From contig JBGOYZ010000003.1 of the NCBI GenBank assembly GCA_041479945.1, forward strand, positions 1 through 56,094: DNA of 56,094 nucleotides, written 5' to 3'. The notes under the pieces were generated by a model. That model had not been told where the DNA came from. It searched no databases and saw nothing but the letters and a program-made list of their open reading frames with translations. This DNA is from Thermoproteota archaeon. GTDB taxonomy: Archaea; Thermoproteota; EX4484-205; JAAOZO01. Below, piece after piece: positions 36,390 through 45,687 of the stretch. Position 1 is the stretch's first letter, and each line of letters starts with the position of its first letter. Position numbers and translations under genes: made by a program.

Positions 36390-36524
36390 CACTTGAACTC
36401 ACCTGACAAGAACGCCTTCAGGACGACAGTATCGAGAGAATCACCGGCTGTCCGGGCGGGAATCTCGCATTATCCAGACAACCACTAAGATTATTAACGC
36501 CTGTCACCCAAGCACTTCCGGACA

Positions 36525-36746
36525 TTGTCCTCAGCGAAGTTCTGCCCTGAGTGCGGGGGTGAAATGACGTACGACCCCGCCATCAAGGTGTACATCTGCA
36601 CCAGCTGTGGAAGGATGTACACGCAGAGCCAGCTGATCGAAGCAAAGGAACGATTGTACTCATCCCTGAGCGATGAGGACGAGAAGAGAAGGAAGAAGCG
36701 GAAGGACGTCCTGAAGTGGTACTTGTCAGACAAGGAAGAGAAGTGA
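36525..36746 (+). CDS. Small zinc-ribbon protein with a basic/acidic helical tail
   Basis: 73 aa. It has CPECGG...CTSCG followed by a charged tail (DEDEKRRKKRKD). TTG start, with TTATTAA at 36491-36497. Confidence 0.4.
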   Translation: MSSAKFCPECGGEMTYDPAIKVYICTSCGRMYTQSQLIEAKERLYSSLSDEDEKRRKKRKDVLKWYLSDKEEK

Positions 36747-37592
36747 CTAGGCCTCGTGGGCTAGTCCGACCAGTTCACCAATTGAAATACCCCTTTCGTC
36801 CAGGTATTGAGACATCCCCTGCTTGATTCTGCCGAAGACTTGAAGGTCCTCGGAAGCGGTCCCTACCTGAACGGCCGTGGCACCCGCCAGCATCAATTCG
36901 ACCGCATCGTCCCAATCTGACACCCCACCCGCTCCCACAAGCGGTTTCCTAGTAGTCTCATACAGCTCGTACAGCAGTCCCACAACCACTGGGTGCAGAG
37001 CATGCCCTGATAGACCCCCGAACTTGTTCGACAGGACGGGCTTCCCAGCAGAGACATCGATTGCCATTGCTCGCATGGTATTGGAGACGACAAACCCGTC
37101 CACGAAGTCCAGCTCTTGCACCAACGAGGTACAATCTGATCTGATCGGTGGCAACTTGACGAACACAGGCTTTGGACAGGCAGCCTTTGTCTCCCGAGCT
37201 ATCCTCCTCACCATCTCTGGGTCAGCGGCGACCTCGTATCCCAATCTGCTCGCATGAGGGCAGGAGAGGTTGATCTCAATTGCGCTCGCTACAGAACTCA
37301 TCTTCCTCGCCATCAACTTGGCCCCGATGTCGTCCGCTGGGGCGATACTAGCTATGACCGGCACACCTAGGTCAGTCAGCTCACCCAACTCCTCCGCGAC
37401 AGCCTCGTACCCGGGATTGGGTAAGCCCATTGCGTTTATCGCGCCGCAGTCTAGCTTGACGTATGTTGGATTCTCGTGACCTTCCTTGGGCTCTATCGTC
37501 GCAGATTTTGACACGACCGCACCAGCACCGGCCGTCGCCACCTTCCTGAGCAGGGATGCCGCATTGCCCAGCACACCCGATGCGTTCATCAA
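36747..37592 (-). CDS. pyrD: Dihydroorotate dehydrogenase, class 1B catalytic subunit (5' end anomalous, see finding)
   Basis: PyrD motifs are present: NASGVLG, NAMGLPNPG, INLSCPH, GGLSG and VGTA. Homology continues upstream of the first canonical start codon (LEVELAGLKLRNP at 37593-37631). Confidence 0.88.
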   Translation of the reverse strand: MMNASGVLGNAASLLRKVATAGAGAVVSKSATIEPKEGHENPTYVKLDCGAINAMGLPNPGYEAVAEELGELTDLGVPVIASIAPADDIGAKLMARKMSSVASAIEINLSCPHASRLGYEVAADPEMVRRIARETKAACPKPVFVKLPPIRSDCTSLVQELDFVDGFVVSNTMRAMAIDVSAGKPVLSNKFGGLSGHALHPVVVGLLYELYETTRKPLVGAGGVSDWDDAVELMLAGATAVQVGTASEDLQVFGRIKQGMSQYLDERGISIGELVGLAHEA

Positions 37593-37627
37593 TGGGTTAC
37601 GCAGCTTGAGTCCAGCTAGCTCGACTT

Positions 37628-38947
37628 CTAGGCTGGTCGTCTCCTCAGCACCTCCCCTTTGGGTTTCTCTGTGACATAGCCATCTTCATATGTTATCATC
37701 CCTCTGACCATTGTCATCTTCACCCTGCCGACCAACTCCTCCCCCTCGAACAGAGAGTATTTGGCTTTGCTGAAGAACAACTCCGGATTTACTGTCCACG
37801 TTTCGTTCGGGTCAACTACGGTGATGTTTGCCAAGAAGCCTGAGGCTATTCTGCCGTTGTAAGTGAGCCCAAACCTGCGCGAGGGGTTCCTTGTCATGCA
37901 CCTGAGAACTTCAACCAGCCCGAGTTGTTCGGCCTTCGCCATCTTGAGCACTGCAGACAGGGCCGTCTCTAGGCCCGGGGTGCCAGAAGGTATCTTGTCA
38001 TAGTCTTCTTGGTCCTTCTCGACTTGGAGGTGGGGGGCGTGGTCGCTGACCACCACTGAGATCAATCCGTGGTTGACGCCTCCTCTCAGGGCCTCTACAT
38101 CGCGCGCGCTCCTCAGCGGTGGATTCACTTTTGCCGCCCCGCCACGGGATCGGGTATCCACGTCGGTTTTCGAAAGATGGTGGACTGTGGCCTCGGCGCT
38201 GGTCGTTTTCGACTTGAGACGCTCACTCAGGGCTTCTAGTCCCTCCTTGGTTGTGACGTGGGCAAAATGCAGGTCGCATTCGCCGAACGAGTCTACGGTC
38301 TTCTCGATCGCTAGGAGTTCGCATCGGGATGGTCTCACCTCCCCGTGCATCGCAGCCCCCCTCAAGTCTTCGCCGAAAGACGCTCTACTCTGCCCTATGC
38401 AGTCTTCATCCTCAGCATGAACGTACAGGGTTAGGCCCGCCTGCTTCAGCTCTGTCGCACCCATACCGGGCATTCCTTCAAACAGACTTGACAGGTTCTC
38501 AGGGTATAACTTCATCGAGAATGCTCCGTCTGATCCCATCTTTCTCACCCCATCCAAGGAGTCTGGCAGACTGCAGTGAAACCCAACGTCACAGAAGATC
38601 CGATTCTGAGCTACCTCAATGGCCCCTGCAAACCGCTCGGGCGAATCCAACGGAGGGATAGTGTTCGGCATTGCGATAATAGTGGAGAACCCTCCTGCCA
38701 CGGCTGCTCTGGTCCCACTCTCGAAGTCTTCCTTCGCTTTCTCGCCGAAGTCTCTCAAGTGTGTATGAACATCGACCAATCCCGGCAGCACCCAGAGACT
38801 GCCGAAATCCAGGTGCTCTGCGCTCGACGGAATTTCGCTTGAGGACTTGACGTCGGAGATCCTGTCCCCGCGTAACACCACAGCGCCATCGTAGAACTCT
38901 CCGTCAACGAACAACTTGCCAGAGACGGCTAGGTCGGGCTGTGTCAA
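37628..38947 (-). CDS. pyrC: Dihydroorotase
   Basis: 439 aa. It is an amidohydrolase with DVHTHLRD and SDHAPH. Its TTG start overlaps the pyrK stop (TTGA). Confidence 0.9.
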   Translation of the reverse strand: MTQPDLAVSGKLFVDGEFYDGAVVLRGDRISDVKSSSEIPSSAEHLDFGSLWVLPGLVDVHTHLRDFGEKAKEDFESGTRAAVAGGFSTIIAMPNTIPPLDSPERFAGAIEVAQNRIFCDVGFHCSLPDSLDGVRKMGSDGAFSMKLYPENLSSLFEGMPGMGATELKQAGLTLYVHAEDEDCIGQSRASFGEDLRGAAMHGEVRPSRCELLAIEKTVDSFGECDLHFAHVTTKEGLEALSERLKSKTTSAEATVHHLSKTDVDTRSRGGAAKVNPPLRSARDVEALRGGVNHGLISVVVSDHAPHLQVEKDQEDYDKIPSGTPGLETALSAVLKMAKAEQLGLVEVLRCMTRNPSRRFGLTYNGRIASGFLANITVVDPNETWTVNPELFFSKAKYSLFEGEELVGRVKMTMVRGMITYEDGYVTEKPKGEVLRRRPA

Positions 38948-39744
38948 CCTAGTTCTACTCTCCTGCCGAACTTGTCTCTGGTCTTGGATCCGAAGTCACT
39001 CGCGACCAAGACAGATCCGGAAATGATCGGGCCATCCTTGCAGACCAGTTGTCCACCCGGGTCCAAGACGCAAGATCCGCAAACCCCGTCAGCGCACTTG
39101 ATGATCCTCACAAGCGAGGCCTCGGAGTAGATGCCGAGTTTCTCCGAAACCCTGACAACGGCTTTCATCATGGGTTCAGGTCCTGCGGTAAGGACAACTC
39201 TCGCCTTGTTATCACTCAGCATCTCCTCGACGTAGTCCGTCACTTTCCCTTGGCGCCCGAGTGACCCATCCTCCGTGGTGAAGATGGCGGCGGACGCGAG
39301 CTTCCGGAACTCCTCCGTATAGCAGAGCCTCTGGGAGTTTCTCGCACCGATCAGGACCATGCCTGGTCTGCCGCTGTCGGCCAGTTCCTGAGTAGCCATA
39401 AGAAGTGGAGCCGCCCCTGTCCCTCCGCCTATCAACAGGAAGGGGCCCTCCCTTCCAAGGGAAAAGGGATTTCCATATGGTCCCCTCAGAAAACATCGGC
39501 TACCGGGTTCCAATGACACAAGGGCTGAGCTGGTAGGACCAACATCCTCAACCACGAACTCCGCATAGTTGCTGCGACAGACAGACGGACTGAGAGGGAT
39601 CTCGCCGTGCCCGGGCAGCCACAACATGAAGTACTGACCAGCATTGCAGGACACTTGTTCATGCAACACAAGACTCATGATCCGGAGATCCGACGCGAAT
39701 TCCTTGTTCTTGGCGAGTTCAGCCTCCACATAGTACCTGCCCAT
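38944..39744 (-). CDS. pyrK: Dihydroorotate dehydrogenase electron-transfer subunit
   Basis: 266 aa. It has an FNR-like FAD/NAD fold (GGGTGAAPL) and a C-terminal 2Fe-2S Cys cluster (C.DGVCGSC...C). Confidence 0.88.
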   Translation of the reverse strand: MGRYYVEAELAKNKEFASDLRIMSLVLHEQVSCNAGQYFMLWLPGHGEIPLSPSVCRSNYAEFVVEDVGPTSSALVSLEPGSRCFLRGPYGNPFSLGREGPFLLIGGGTGAAPLLMATQELADSGRPGMVLIGARNSQRLCYTEEFRKLASAAIFTTEDGSLGRQGKVTDYVEEMLSDNKARVVLTAGPEPMMKAVVRVSEKLGIYSEASLVRIIKCADGVCGSCVLDPGGQLVCKDGPIISGSVLVASDFGSKTRDKFGRRVELG

Positions 39745-39747
39745 TTG

Positions 39748-40221
39748 CTACTCGACCAAGTGCGCTGATATTTCGTCCGCAGGTAGAATCGTCCTGCAGT
39801 AGACACATCTCAGGACGACAGGGTTCTTGGATTCCACGCTGAGCTTCGGCACTATGGGCTCATCTCGTTTGTTTGAGATACACATCATGTTAGGGCATTT
39901 CACGAGACCTTCGACGACGTCGGGAGGGCTTGGCCTGTGTTTCTCCTTGACTTCGTAGTTCGAGACTATGTCAACCGAGGCGTCAGGCGCGATAAGTGCG
40001 ATCAACTGGGTTTGTTTGGACCCCACTGTCATGTCCTCGATTTTGACCAAGTCCTTCTTGCCCAACTTCCCACTGGGAACGTTCATCAGGATGGTAGCGA
40101 TGTGACCCTCGGTTCCCTTTATCCCAAGTATCCTAAGCACCTGTAAGGCTTTCCCAGCGGGGATATGGTCTATCACAGTGCCGTTCCTGATCTTGGCTAC
40201 TCTCAGTTCCTCTTGTGGCAT
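39748..40221 (-). CDS. pyrI: Aspartate carbamoyltransferase regulatory subunit
   Basis: 157 aa. It has the N-terminus LRVAKIRNGTVIDHI and a C-terminal Zn domain (C.N..C...C.YC). Confidence 0.92.
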   Translation of the reverse strand: MPQEELRVAKIRNGTVIDHIPAGKALQVLRILGIKGTEGHIATILMNVPSGKLGKKDLVKIEDMTVGSKQTQLIALIAPDASVDIVSNYEVKEKHRPSPPDVVEGLVKCPNMMCISNKRDEPIVPKLSVESKNPVVLRCVYCRTILPADEISAHLVE

Positions 40222-40225
40222 CCTC

Positions 40226-41140
40226 TCACCCGAGTATTATGTTCAAGAGTGCCATCCTCACGAATACCCCTCGCTTGGCCTGCTCGAAGTACCTAGCCTG
40301 CGGATACTTGTCAACTGCTGGCGAGAGTTCGTCGACCCTCGGGAGCGCATGGAGGACTATGCTCTGCTTCTTCATCTTTTGCACAGAGTCCTCGCCGAAG
40401 GTATATGACCCCTTCACGCGTTCGTACTCCAAGAGATCTCCAAAGCGCTCCTTCTGGATCCTAGTCAGGTAAATCACGTCTACCTTCTCAATGACCCCAT
40501 CGAGTGACGTCTCTTCTTCGAACCTGACTTTGGCGGAAGAGAGAGAAAGCTTTGTCTCCTCAGTTGCTCTCAATCGTTCGGGGGAAACCAAGTGGATTAC
40601 GTCCGGGCGGAACAAGCTCAAGCCTCTCAGTAGTGACGAGGCCACTCTTGCATGTCTCAGGTCCCCGACGACAGCGTACTTCAGACCGTCAATCTTGCCG
40701 AATGATTTCAACACCTCATAGAGGTCTATCATGGTCTGAGTCGGGTGATACATCGTTCCCTCTCCGGCGTTTATCACTGGGCTGGTACACACATCAGACG
40801 CAAACCTAGACGCCCCCTCAACGGAATGCCTGATGACTATGATGTCGGAATAGAAGTCCAACATCCTGACCGTGTCAGCGAAGTTCTCACCCTTTGCCGC
40901 CGAAGTCATTGCGGATTCTAGGAAGGTCATCACCCTACCACCGAGTCTGTTCATCGCCGATTCGAAGCTGAGCCTAGTTCTGGTGCTTGGCTCAAAGAAG
41001 GCGAGTGCCATCATCTTGCCATCCAGTGAGTGCGATACATCGACGCTGTGGCTCTCTATCTGGTCGGCCACTTCGAAAAGATGCTCCAATTCCCTCCTAG
41101 AAAGATCGGTAATGTCCACTATGTCCTTGATGTCGGACAT
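40226..41140 (-). CDS. pyrB: Aspartate carbamoyltransferase catalytic subunit
   Basis: Motifs STRTR, HPTQ and HALP are present. The start is set at ATG 41140 (MSDIKDI), directly preceded by AGGAGG. The ORF-track start 41191 would overlap pyrE. Confidence 0.92.
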   Translation of the reverse strand: MSDIKDIVDITDLSRRELEHLFEVADQIESHSVDVSHSLDGKMMALAFFEPSTRTRLSFESAMNRLGGRVMTFLESAMTSAAKGENFADTVRMLDFYSDIIVIRHSVEGASRFASDVCTSPVINAGEGTMYHPTQTMIDLYEVLKSFGKIDGLKYAVVGDLRHARVASSLLRGLSLFRPDVIHLVSPERLRATEETKLSLSSAKVRFEEETSLDGVIEKVDVIYLTRIQKERFGDLLEYERVKGSYTFGEDSVQKMKKQSIVLHALPRVDELSPAVDKYPQARYFEQAKRGVFVRMALLNIILG

Positions 41141-41165
41141 CCTCCTATCGCTGGGCCGGACTGAA

Positions 41166-41774
41166 TTAAACACTTGCCCCCTCTGACCCAAGGTACGCGG
41201 TTATCTTGTCACGCTGTTCGGTTGGCATTGCCCCACCCGCAGCCAACCGGTCGATGGCGCTCAAGACATCTATGGCGGATCTGGCCACGATTCCGTTCTC
41301 AGCGAGGAATCTCTTCCCCCCTTGGAGCCTGTCGAAAAGAACGTAGGCCGATCCGATCTCGGCGCCCTTGTCCCTCAGCGCCCGCGCCGCGTGCAGCACG
41401 TTCCCACCGGTCGTCAGGACATCGTCAACAATCACGAACTTGTTCGATTTCCTGACCTCCCCTTCGACCAGTTCGCCCGTTCCATGCGTCTTCGCCTCCT
41501 TCCTTACATAAACAAACGGGACGGACATCTTGCTGGCCAGTGCTGCTCCCAGCGGTATGCCCGAGAGTTCGACTGAGGCGATTCCGACTCCCTTTTGTTC
41601 GTTCTGTGAGATCATGGAATCGAGTTCGCCTAGGGCCATGCTGAACAGCTCAACATGCGAGGGCAGAACACGCAGATTCACGTAGTAGGGGCTCTTCTTT
41701 TGCGATGACAGGGTGAATTCTCCGAACCTTATCATACCAGCTTCGGAGATGCCGCGAAGAAGCTCCCACTTCAT
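41166..41774 (-). CDS. pyrE: Orotate phosphoribosyltransferase
   Basis: 202 aa with a PRPP loop (VIVDDVLTTGG). An ATGA overlap joins it to the pyrF stop. Confidence 0.92.
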   Translation of the reverse strand: MKWELLRGISEAGMIRFGEFTLSSQKKSPYYVNLRVLPSHVELFSMALGELDSMISQNEQKGVGIASVELSGIPLGAALASKMSVPFVYVRKEAKTHGTGELVEGEVRKSNKFVIVDDVLTTGGNVLHAARALRDKGAEIGSAYVLFDRLQGGKRFLAENGIVARSAIDVLSAIDRLAAGGAMPTEQRDKITAYLGSEGASV

Positions 41775-42493
41775 CCTCTCAGCGCCTTCCTCTGTTCCTC
41801 AACTGCTGCGCGTGCGGCGGCCACCGGGTCTTGACTCGCGTATATCGCCCTCCCCACTATTTCGTAGTCCGCCCCTGCCCGTATGGCAGAGCCGAAGGGC
41901 GCACCCTGTGCACCGACGCCTGGCGAGATGATCAGCATGCCACTGGGGATCTTTTTCCTCACCTCAGCGAGAACGGTCGGTCGCGTGGCTGGCGCGATTA
42001 TGCCATCGGGATCGAGCGAGATCGCCTCGCTGATTATGTCCGTGAGTACCTTGTCTATTATCCTCTCCGAGCCTTTGTGTGACATGCTGACTAGGACTAG
42101 GATTCCCTTGCCGAGCCTGACAGCTGTTTCCTTTGCACCGTCCAGACCGCCCTCGCGGCCTATGAATCCGTGGGAGATGACCGCGTCGATACCGGATCTG
42201 AACAGTATCTCGCAGGTCAATGCGTTCACGTGCGATACATCGGCCAACTTCGCGTCAGCAATGAATACAAAGTCGTCACTTCTGTCCTCAAGTTCTTTCC
42301 TAAGATCCTTGAGTGATGTAGTGAGAAGGAAGGGGATTCCCAGTTTTATCCCCACAAGGTAGTCCTTCAATCTGTTGGAGGTGTCCTTCAGGGTCTCTAC
42401 TCCATCTTCACCGGCCACATCTAGGGCGAGCACAAGCCTGGACCCTTTCCTTTTCGAGATCAGGCTTATCTTGGTCGCGAAACCTCCAGGCAT
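41771..42493 (-). CDS. pyrF: Orotidine 5'-phosphate decarboxylase
   Basis: Motifs LVLALDV, ADAKLADV and VGRAIY are present. The start is set at ATG 42493 (MPGGFATK), with the ORF-track 42559 as an alternative. Confidence 0.85.
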   Translation of the reverse strand: MPGGFATKISLISKRKGSRLVLALDVAGEDGVETLKDTSNRLKDYLVGIKLGIPFLLTTSLKDLRKELEDRSDDFVFIADAKLADVSHVNALTCEILFRSGIDAVISHGFIGREGGLDGAKETAVRLGKGILVLVSMSHKGSERIIDKVLTDIISEAISLDPDGIIAPATRPTVLAEVRKKIPSGMLIISPGVGAQGAPFGSAIRAGADYEIVGRAIYASQDPVAAARAAVEEQRKALRG

Positions 42494-42638
42494 TGCTGAC
42501 GACAGGACTTGTGCGTGTCGTAATAACTCTTGACCCCAGCGCTTCCAACAACTTGGCATTCCTCTCAGTGTTTTCCGCCGGAGAAGAATGAGAACTGCTT
42601 AAATAGAGCACTCCTGAATCTGCACCAGATCGCTCGTC

Positions 42639-43025
42639 ATGAGAAAAGCGCGAGTTTCCGCGGCAACGACACAGCAAGCAACTGGCCTCGAGGCCATACT
42701 CCGCATCATAATGGACGGCAAGGTGAACATTGCCGAATCGAAGATAGACCAGTTGCCAGTTTCGAATGACGAGTTCACAAACGGTTACAGGGACGCACTT
42801 CGGGGAATCGTCAATTCGCTAAAAACGAACGACCACAGGAGCTTCGTGCACAGACTCAGAAAAGACAAGGGTTTCCTGAAGAACGAGATCGCGAGGCTCA
42901 GGGAGACCGAGGCCTCACATCTGTGCACGGAGTGGGATCTCGGTTACTTCAAGTGTTGGGTCTCCTATCTTCAGGGACTCCTCACTAAGCCCCTACAAAC
43001 TGTGAAAGAAGAGACTGTAGAGTAG
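42639..43025 (+). CDS. Hypothetical protein (helical, no recognised domain)
   Basis: 128-aa ORF with CTTAAATAG about 35 nt upstream. No motif was recognised. Confidence 0.35.
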   Translation: MRKARVSAATTQQATGLEAILRIIMDGKVNIAESKIDQLPVSNDEFTNGYRDALRGIVNSLKTNDHRSFVHRLRKDKGFLKNEIARLRETEASHLCTEWDLGYFKCWVSYLQGLLTKPLQTVKEETVE

Positions 43026-43301
43026 TATCCAAGCGAAAAGCACAGAGAAGAAGAATATCCCTATCCCAATAGTATATAGCTTGTTCTTGCCACCGATCAA
43101 TTCCACCCTGTGTTTGCCCAGCAGACTGGCTGTGATGAGGTAGGTTGCGAGATAGGCGAATATGGACATCGAGGCAGCCGTGAGTAGCCCACCCATGAAT
43201 GGCCTCCAGAAGGCTGCAAGTAGCATGCCCCATCCGATACCTACGGCAGCCCTCCCCCAGTAGATCGCCTTCTGAAGCTTTTTCTCCTCGTCCTCAGTCA
43301 A
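42993..43301 (-). CDS. Small integral membrane protein (about 3 TM segments)
   Basis: 102 aa. An acidic N-terminus is followed by three hydrophobic segments. It overlaps the preceding ORF convergently by 33 nt. Confidence 0.4.
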   Translation of the reverse strand: MTEDEEKKLQKAIYWGRAAVGIGWGMLLAAFWRPFMGGLLTAASMSIFAYLATYLITASLLGKHRVELIGGKNKLYTIGIGIFFFSVLFAWILLYSLFFHSL

Positions 43302-43307
43302 TCTCGA

Positions 43308-45197
43308 TTGACCACCAGAATGCAGAGAAGACCCCCATCAAGGCTTGAGGTCAGGTTGTTGGCATCTGAGCTTGACCGATATTTGAGCGGAGCTCGGGTC
43401 TCCAACATCTACAGCAACACGGAGCTCGGATTGACCCTTTTAAAGCTGAACGGATCTGATGGGCCTCGCAGGCTTCTCCACGAAAGAGGCCTAAGGGCTT
43501 GTCTGACGGAGTTCCGATATCCCGCCGAAAAGTCACCGCATCCGCAGTTGCGAACTGCTCGACGATTGTTGCGAGGATCAAGAGTACAGAGAGTCGAGCA
43601 AGAAGGTTTTGACCGAGTGATCTCAATCGAATTGAGTACGCCTAAGGGTTCCAGCCTCAAACTTGTGCTTGAGATGCTCTCTGGAGGGGTCTTCGTGATA
43701 CTGGATTCAGAAGGGAAAGTCAGGTTCACAACCGAGAAGAAGGTGATGAGGGACAGGTCAATCCTCCTAGGCGAGGAATACCGCCTGCCTCCTCAGACCT
43801 ACCCATCCCCTCTCCTTGCCAACAAAGAGGAACTGCTCAGGATATTGAACGAAGAATCCGTCGTAAAGCCAGCTCTAGCAACTAGGTTGGGGCTAGGCAA
43901 TCTCTCCGACTTGATCTGTCTCAATGCAGGGATTGACCCAGAGGCGATCCCGACTTCGTTGTCTCCGGAAGACACCCACAAACTCTTGGATGCGATCAGA
44001 CAGACAGTCGAGTCGCTGAAACTCGCACCCACGGTCTACTCAGACGGCCCGAATCCCATAGAATACTCATTGGTGCCTTTGCCGAACCCTCCCTCACAGA
44101 CCTCCGAGAGGTTCGACACAGTATCTGAGGCAATGGACTGGTACTACTCCATAGGCGGCAAGATGAGAATCGTCGCTCCGTCCAAACCGAACCGGAGACT
44201 AGCTTCTCTGAAGAAGACCGCTGAGGAACTCCTTCAGCAGTCAGCGCAACTCAAGGAAATCGCTGAGATGATCATGGCTGACGCAGCGAAGTTCGACCGT
44301 GTACTGTCGCTAGCCAAGCAGGGCACGAAGGGCGCGATCGAGGCGGGGATCAACGTAAAGGAGATAGACTACAGGGAAAGAACGGCCAAGGTTCTCATGG
44401 GAGGTCGCGAAGCCCAGCTCGACATCACGAGGTCAGCGGCAGCCAACGCATCCGTACTGTTCAGCAGGTCAAAGGAGCTGAGGTCGAGGGCCGGTGAACT
44501 CATGGCGGAGGCGGAATCCACGAAGGTGGAACAGAAAGTGAAAGAAGTCGAACTGAAGAGGGTCAGGAAGATGGCATGGTACGAGAAATTCAGGTGGGCC
44601 GTTCTATCCAGCTCCAGAAAGCTCCTGCTGGGTAAAGATGCCATCACCAACGAGATCCTTGTGAAGAAACACACGGACGAGAACACGCAGGTCTTCCACT
44701 CGGACTTCGCAGGTTCTCCGTTCGCGGTCGCTTGGCCGCCTGGGGAGATGACCGAAGGCGAGATTCAAGAAGCTGCAGGAATCACTGCATCCTACACATC
44801 GAAGGCATGGGAGATGGGCTTCTCCTCTCTCGATGTCTACTGGGTTCGAGCATCACAGCTGAGCAAGTCTCCGCCGTCGGGGACATTCTTGACGAAGGGG
44901 GCTTTCTTCGTCTCTGGGGAGAAAAACTTCATCAGAGGTGCGAATCTGGGAATCGCTTTGGGCGCCGAATTGAAGGAGAACAAGCTCTATGTCACGACAA
45001 TGCCCCCCAATGCAGATGCTCACATTCCTCGGTGCATACTGGCTCCGGGCAGACACACGAACTCTGAGGTTTCGAGGAGGCTGGCGAAGATGTTGGCAGA
45101 TCGCTATTCTGTCAAGATTACGGCAGAGGTCAGCGATGCTATCAGGGAAAGGATGCCGGACAAGAAGAGCGACATCATCGCAGTCAAAGGCTTATGA
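43308..45197 (+). CDS. NFACT-family protein (archaeal Rqc2/RqcH/FbpA homologue)
   Basis: 629 aa. It has an N-terminal NFACT-N-like region, a central coiled coil and a C-terminal NFACT-R/DUF814-like segment (VFHSDFAGSPFAV). The start is TTG 43308 or ATG 43320. Confidence 0.7.
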   Translation: MTTRMQRRPPSRLEVRLLASELDRYLSGARVSNIYSNTELGLTLLKLNGSDGPRRLLHERGLRACLTEFRYPAEKSPHPQLRTARRLLRGSRVQRVEQEGFDRVISIELSTPKGSSLKLVLEMLSGGVFVILDSEGKVRFTTEKKVMRDRSILLGEEYRLPPQTYPSPLLANKEELLRILNEESVVKPALATRLGLGNLSDLICLNAGIDPEAIPTSLSPEDTHKLLDAIRQTVESLKLAPTVYSDGPNPIEYSLVPLPNPPSQTSERFDTVSEAMDWYYSIGGKMRIVAPSKPNRRLASLKKTAEELLQQSAQLKEIAEMIMADAAKFDRVLSLAKQGTKGAIEAGINVKEIDYRERTAKVLMGGREAQLDITRSAAANASVLFSRSKELRSRAGELMAEAESTKVEQKVKEVELKRVRKMAWYEKFRWAVLSSSRKLLLGKDAITNEILVKKHTDENTQVFHSDFAGSPFAVAWPPGEMTEGEIQEAAGITASYTSKAWEMGFSSLDVYWVRASQLSKSPPSGTFLTKGAFFVSGEKNFIRGANLGIALGAELKENKLYVTTMPPNADAHIPRCILAPGRHTNSEVSRRLAKMLADRYSVKITAEVSDAIRERMPDKKSDIIAVKGL

Positions 45198-45625
45198 AAC
45201 CCAACTTGCAGGGCCCGGATCTCATGAAGATCGAGTACGGCCGTCTCTTCCTGCTGCTGGCCACGTTCTTCTTAGCTGATCTTTCTTGTACCATCTTCTC
45301 CTTAGTGTGGGGCATCCCGCGAACGCTACCCTCAAACTGGGCGTTCCTCATCTCGCTAGCGGTAACGCACTTCATCGTGTCCTTCGCGTGCACCTACGGG
45401 ATCAAAGACAAGGGCTTCGCGATGGGTTCGGCCATCCTATCTGCCGCCTTAGCCTACGTGCTGTTCTGCGCGGTGTCGATTGACATCGACTTGCTGGCCA
45501 GATCGGCCGTCCCTCTAGCTTCCTTGGAACTGGGTGCACTTGCGGGTGCCATGCCAAGCCGGTTGTCAACGCGTGCAAAGGCCCCCGAGTTGTTGCCACC
45601 GCCCCCTTCTCCGTTTCCGGCCTGA
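45194..45625 (+). CDS. Membrane protein (about 4 TM segments, Pro-rich tail)
   Basis: 143 aa. Its ATG overlaps the NFACT TGA stop (ATGA). It is hydrophobic, with the tail PELLPPPPSPFPA. Confidence 0.4.
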   Translation: MKPNLQGPDLMKIEYGRLFLLLATFFLADLSCTIFSLVWGIPRTLPSNWAFLISLAVTHFIVSFACTYGIKDKGFAMGSAILSAALAYVLFCAVSIDIDLLARSAVPLASLELGALAGAMPSRLSTRAKAPELLPPPPSPFPA

Positions 45626-45687
45626 CAGGCTCCGCTTCTGGTCTTGCGTGAGGGGTTTTAACCGGGCCTGCCTGCACACTGACAGGC

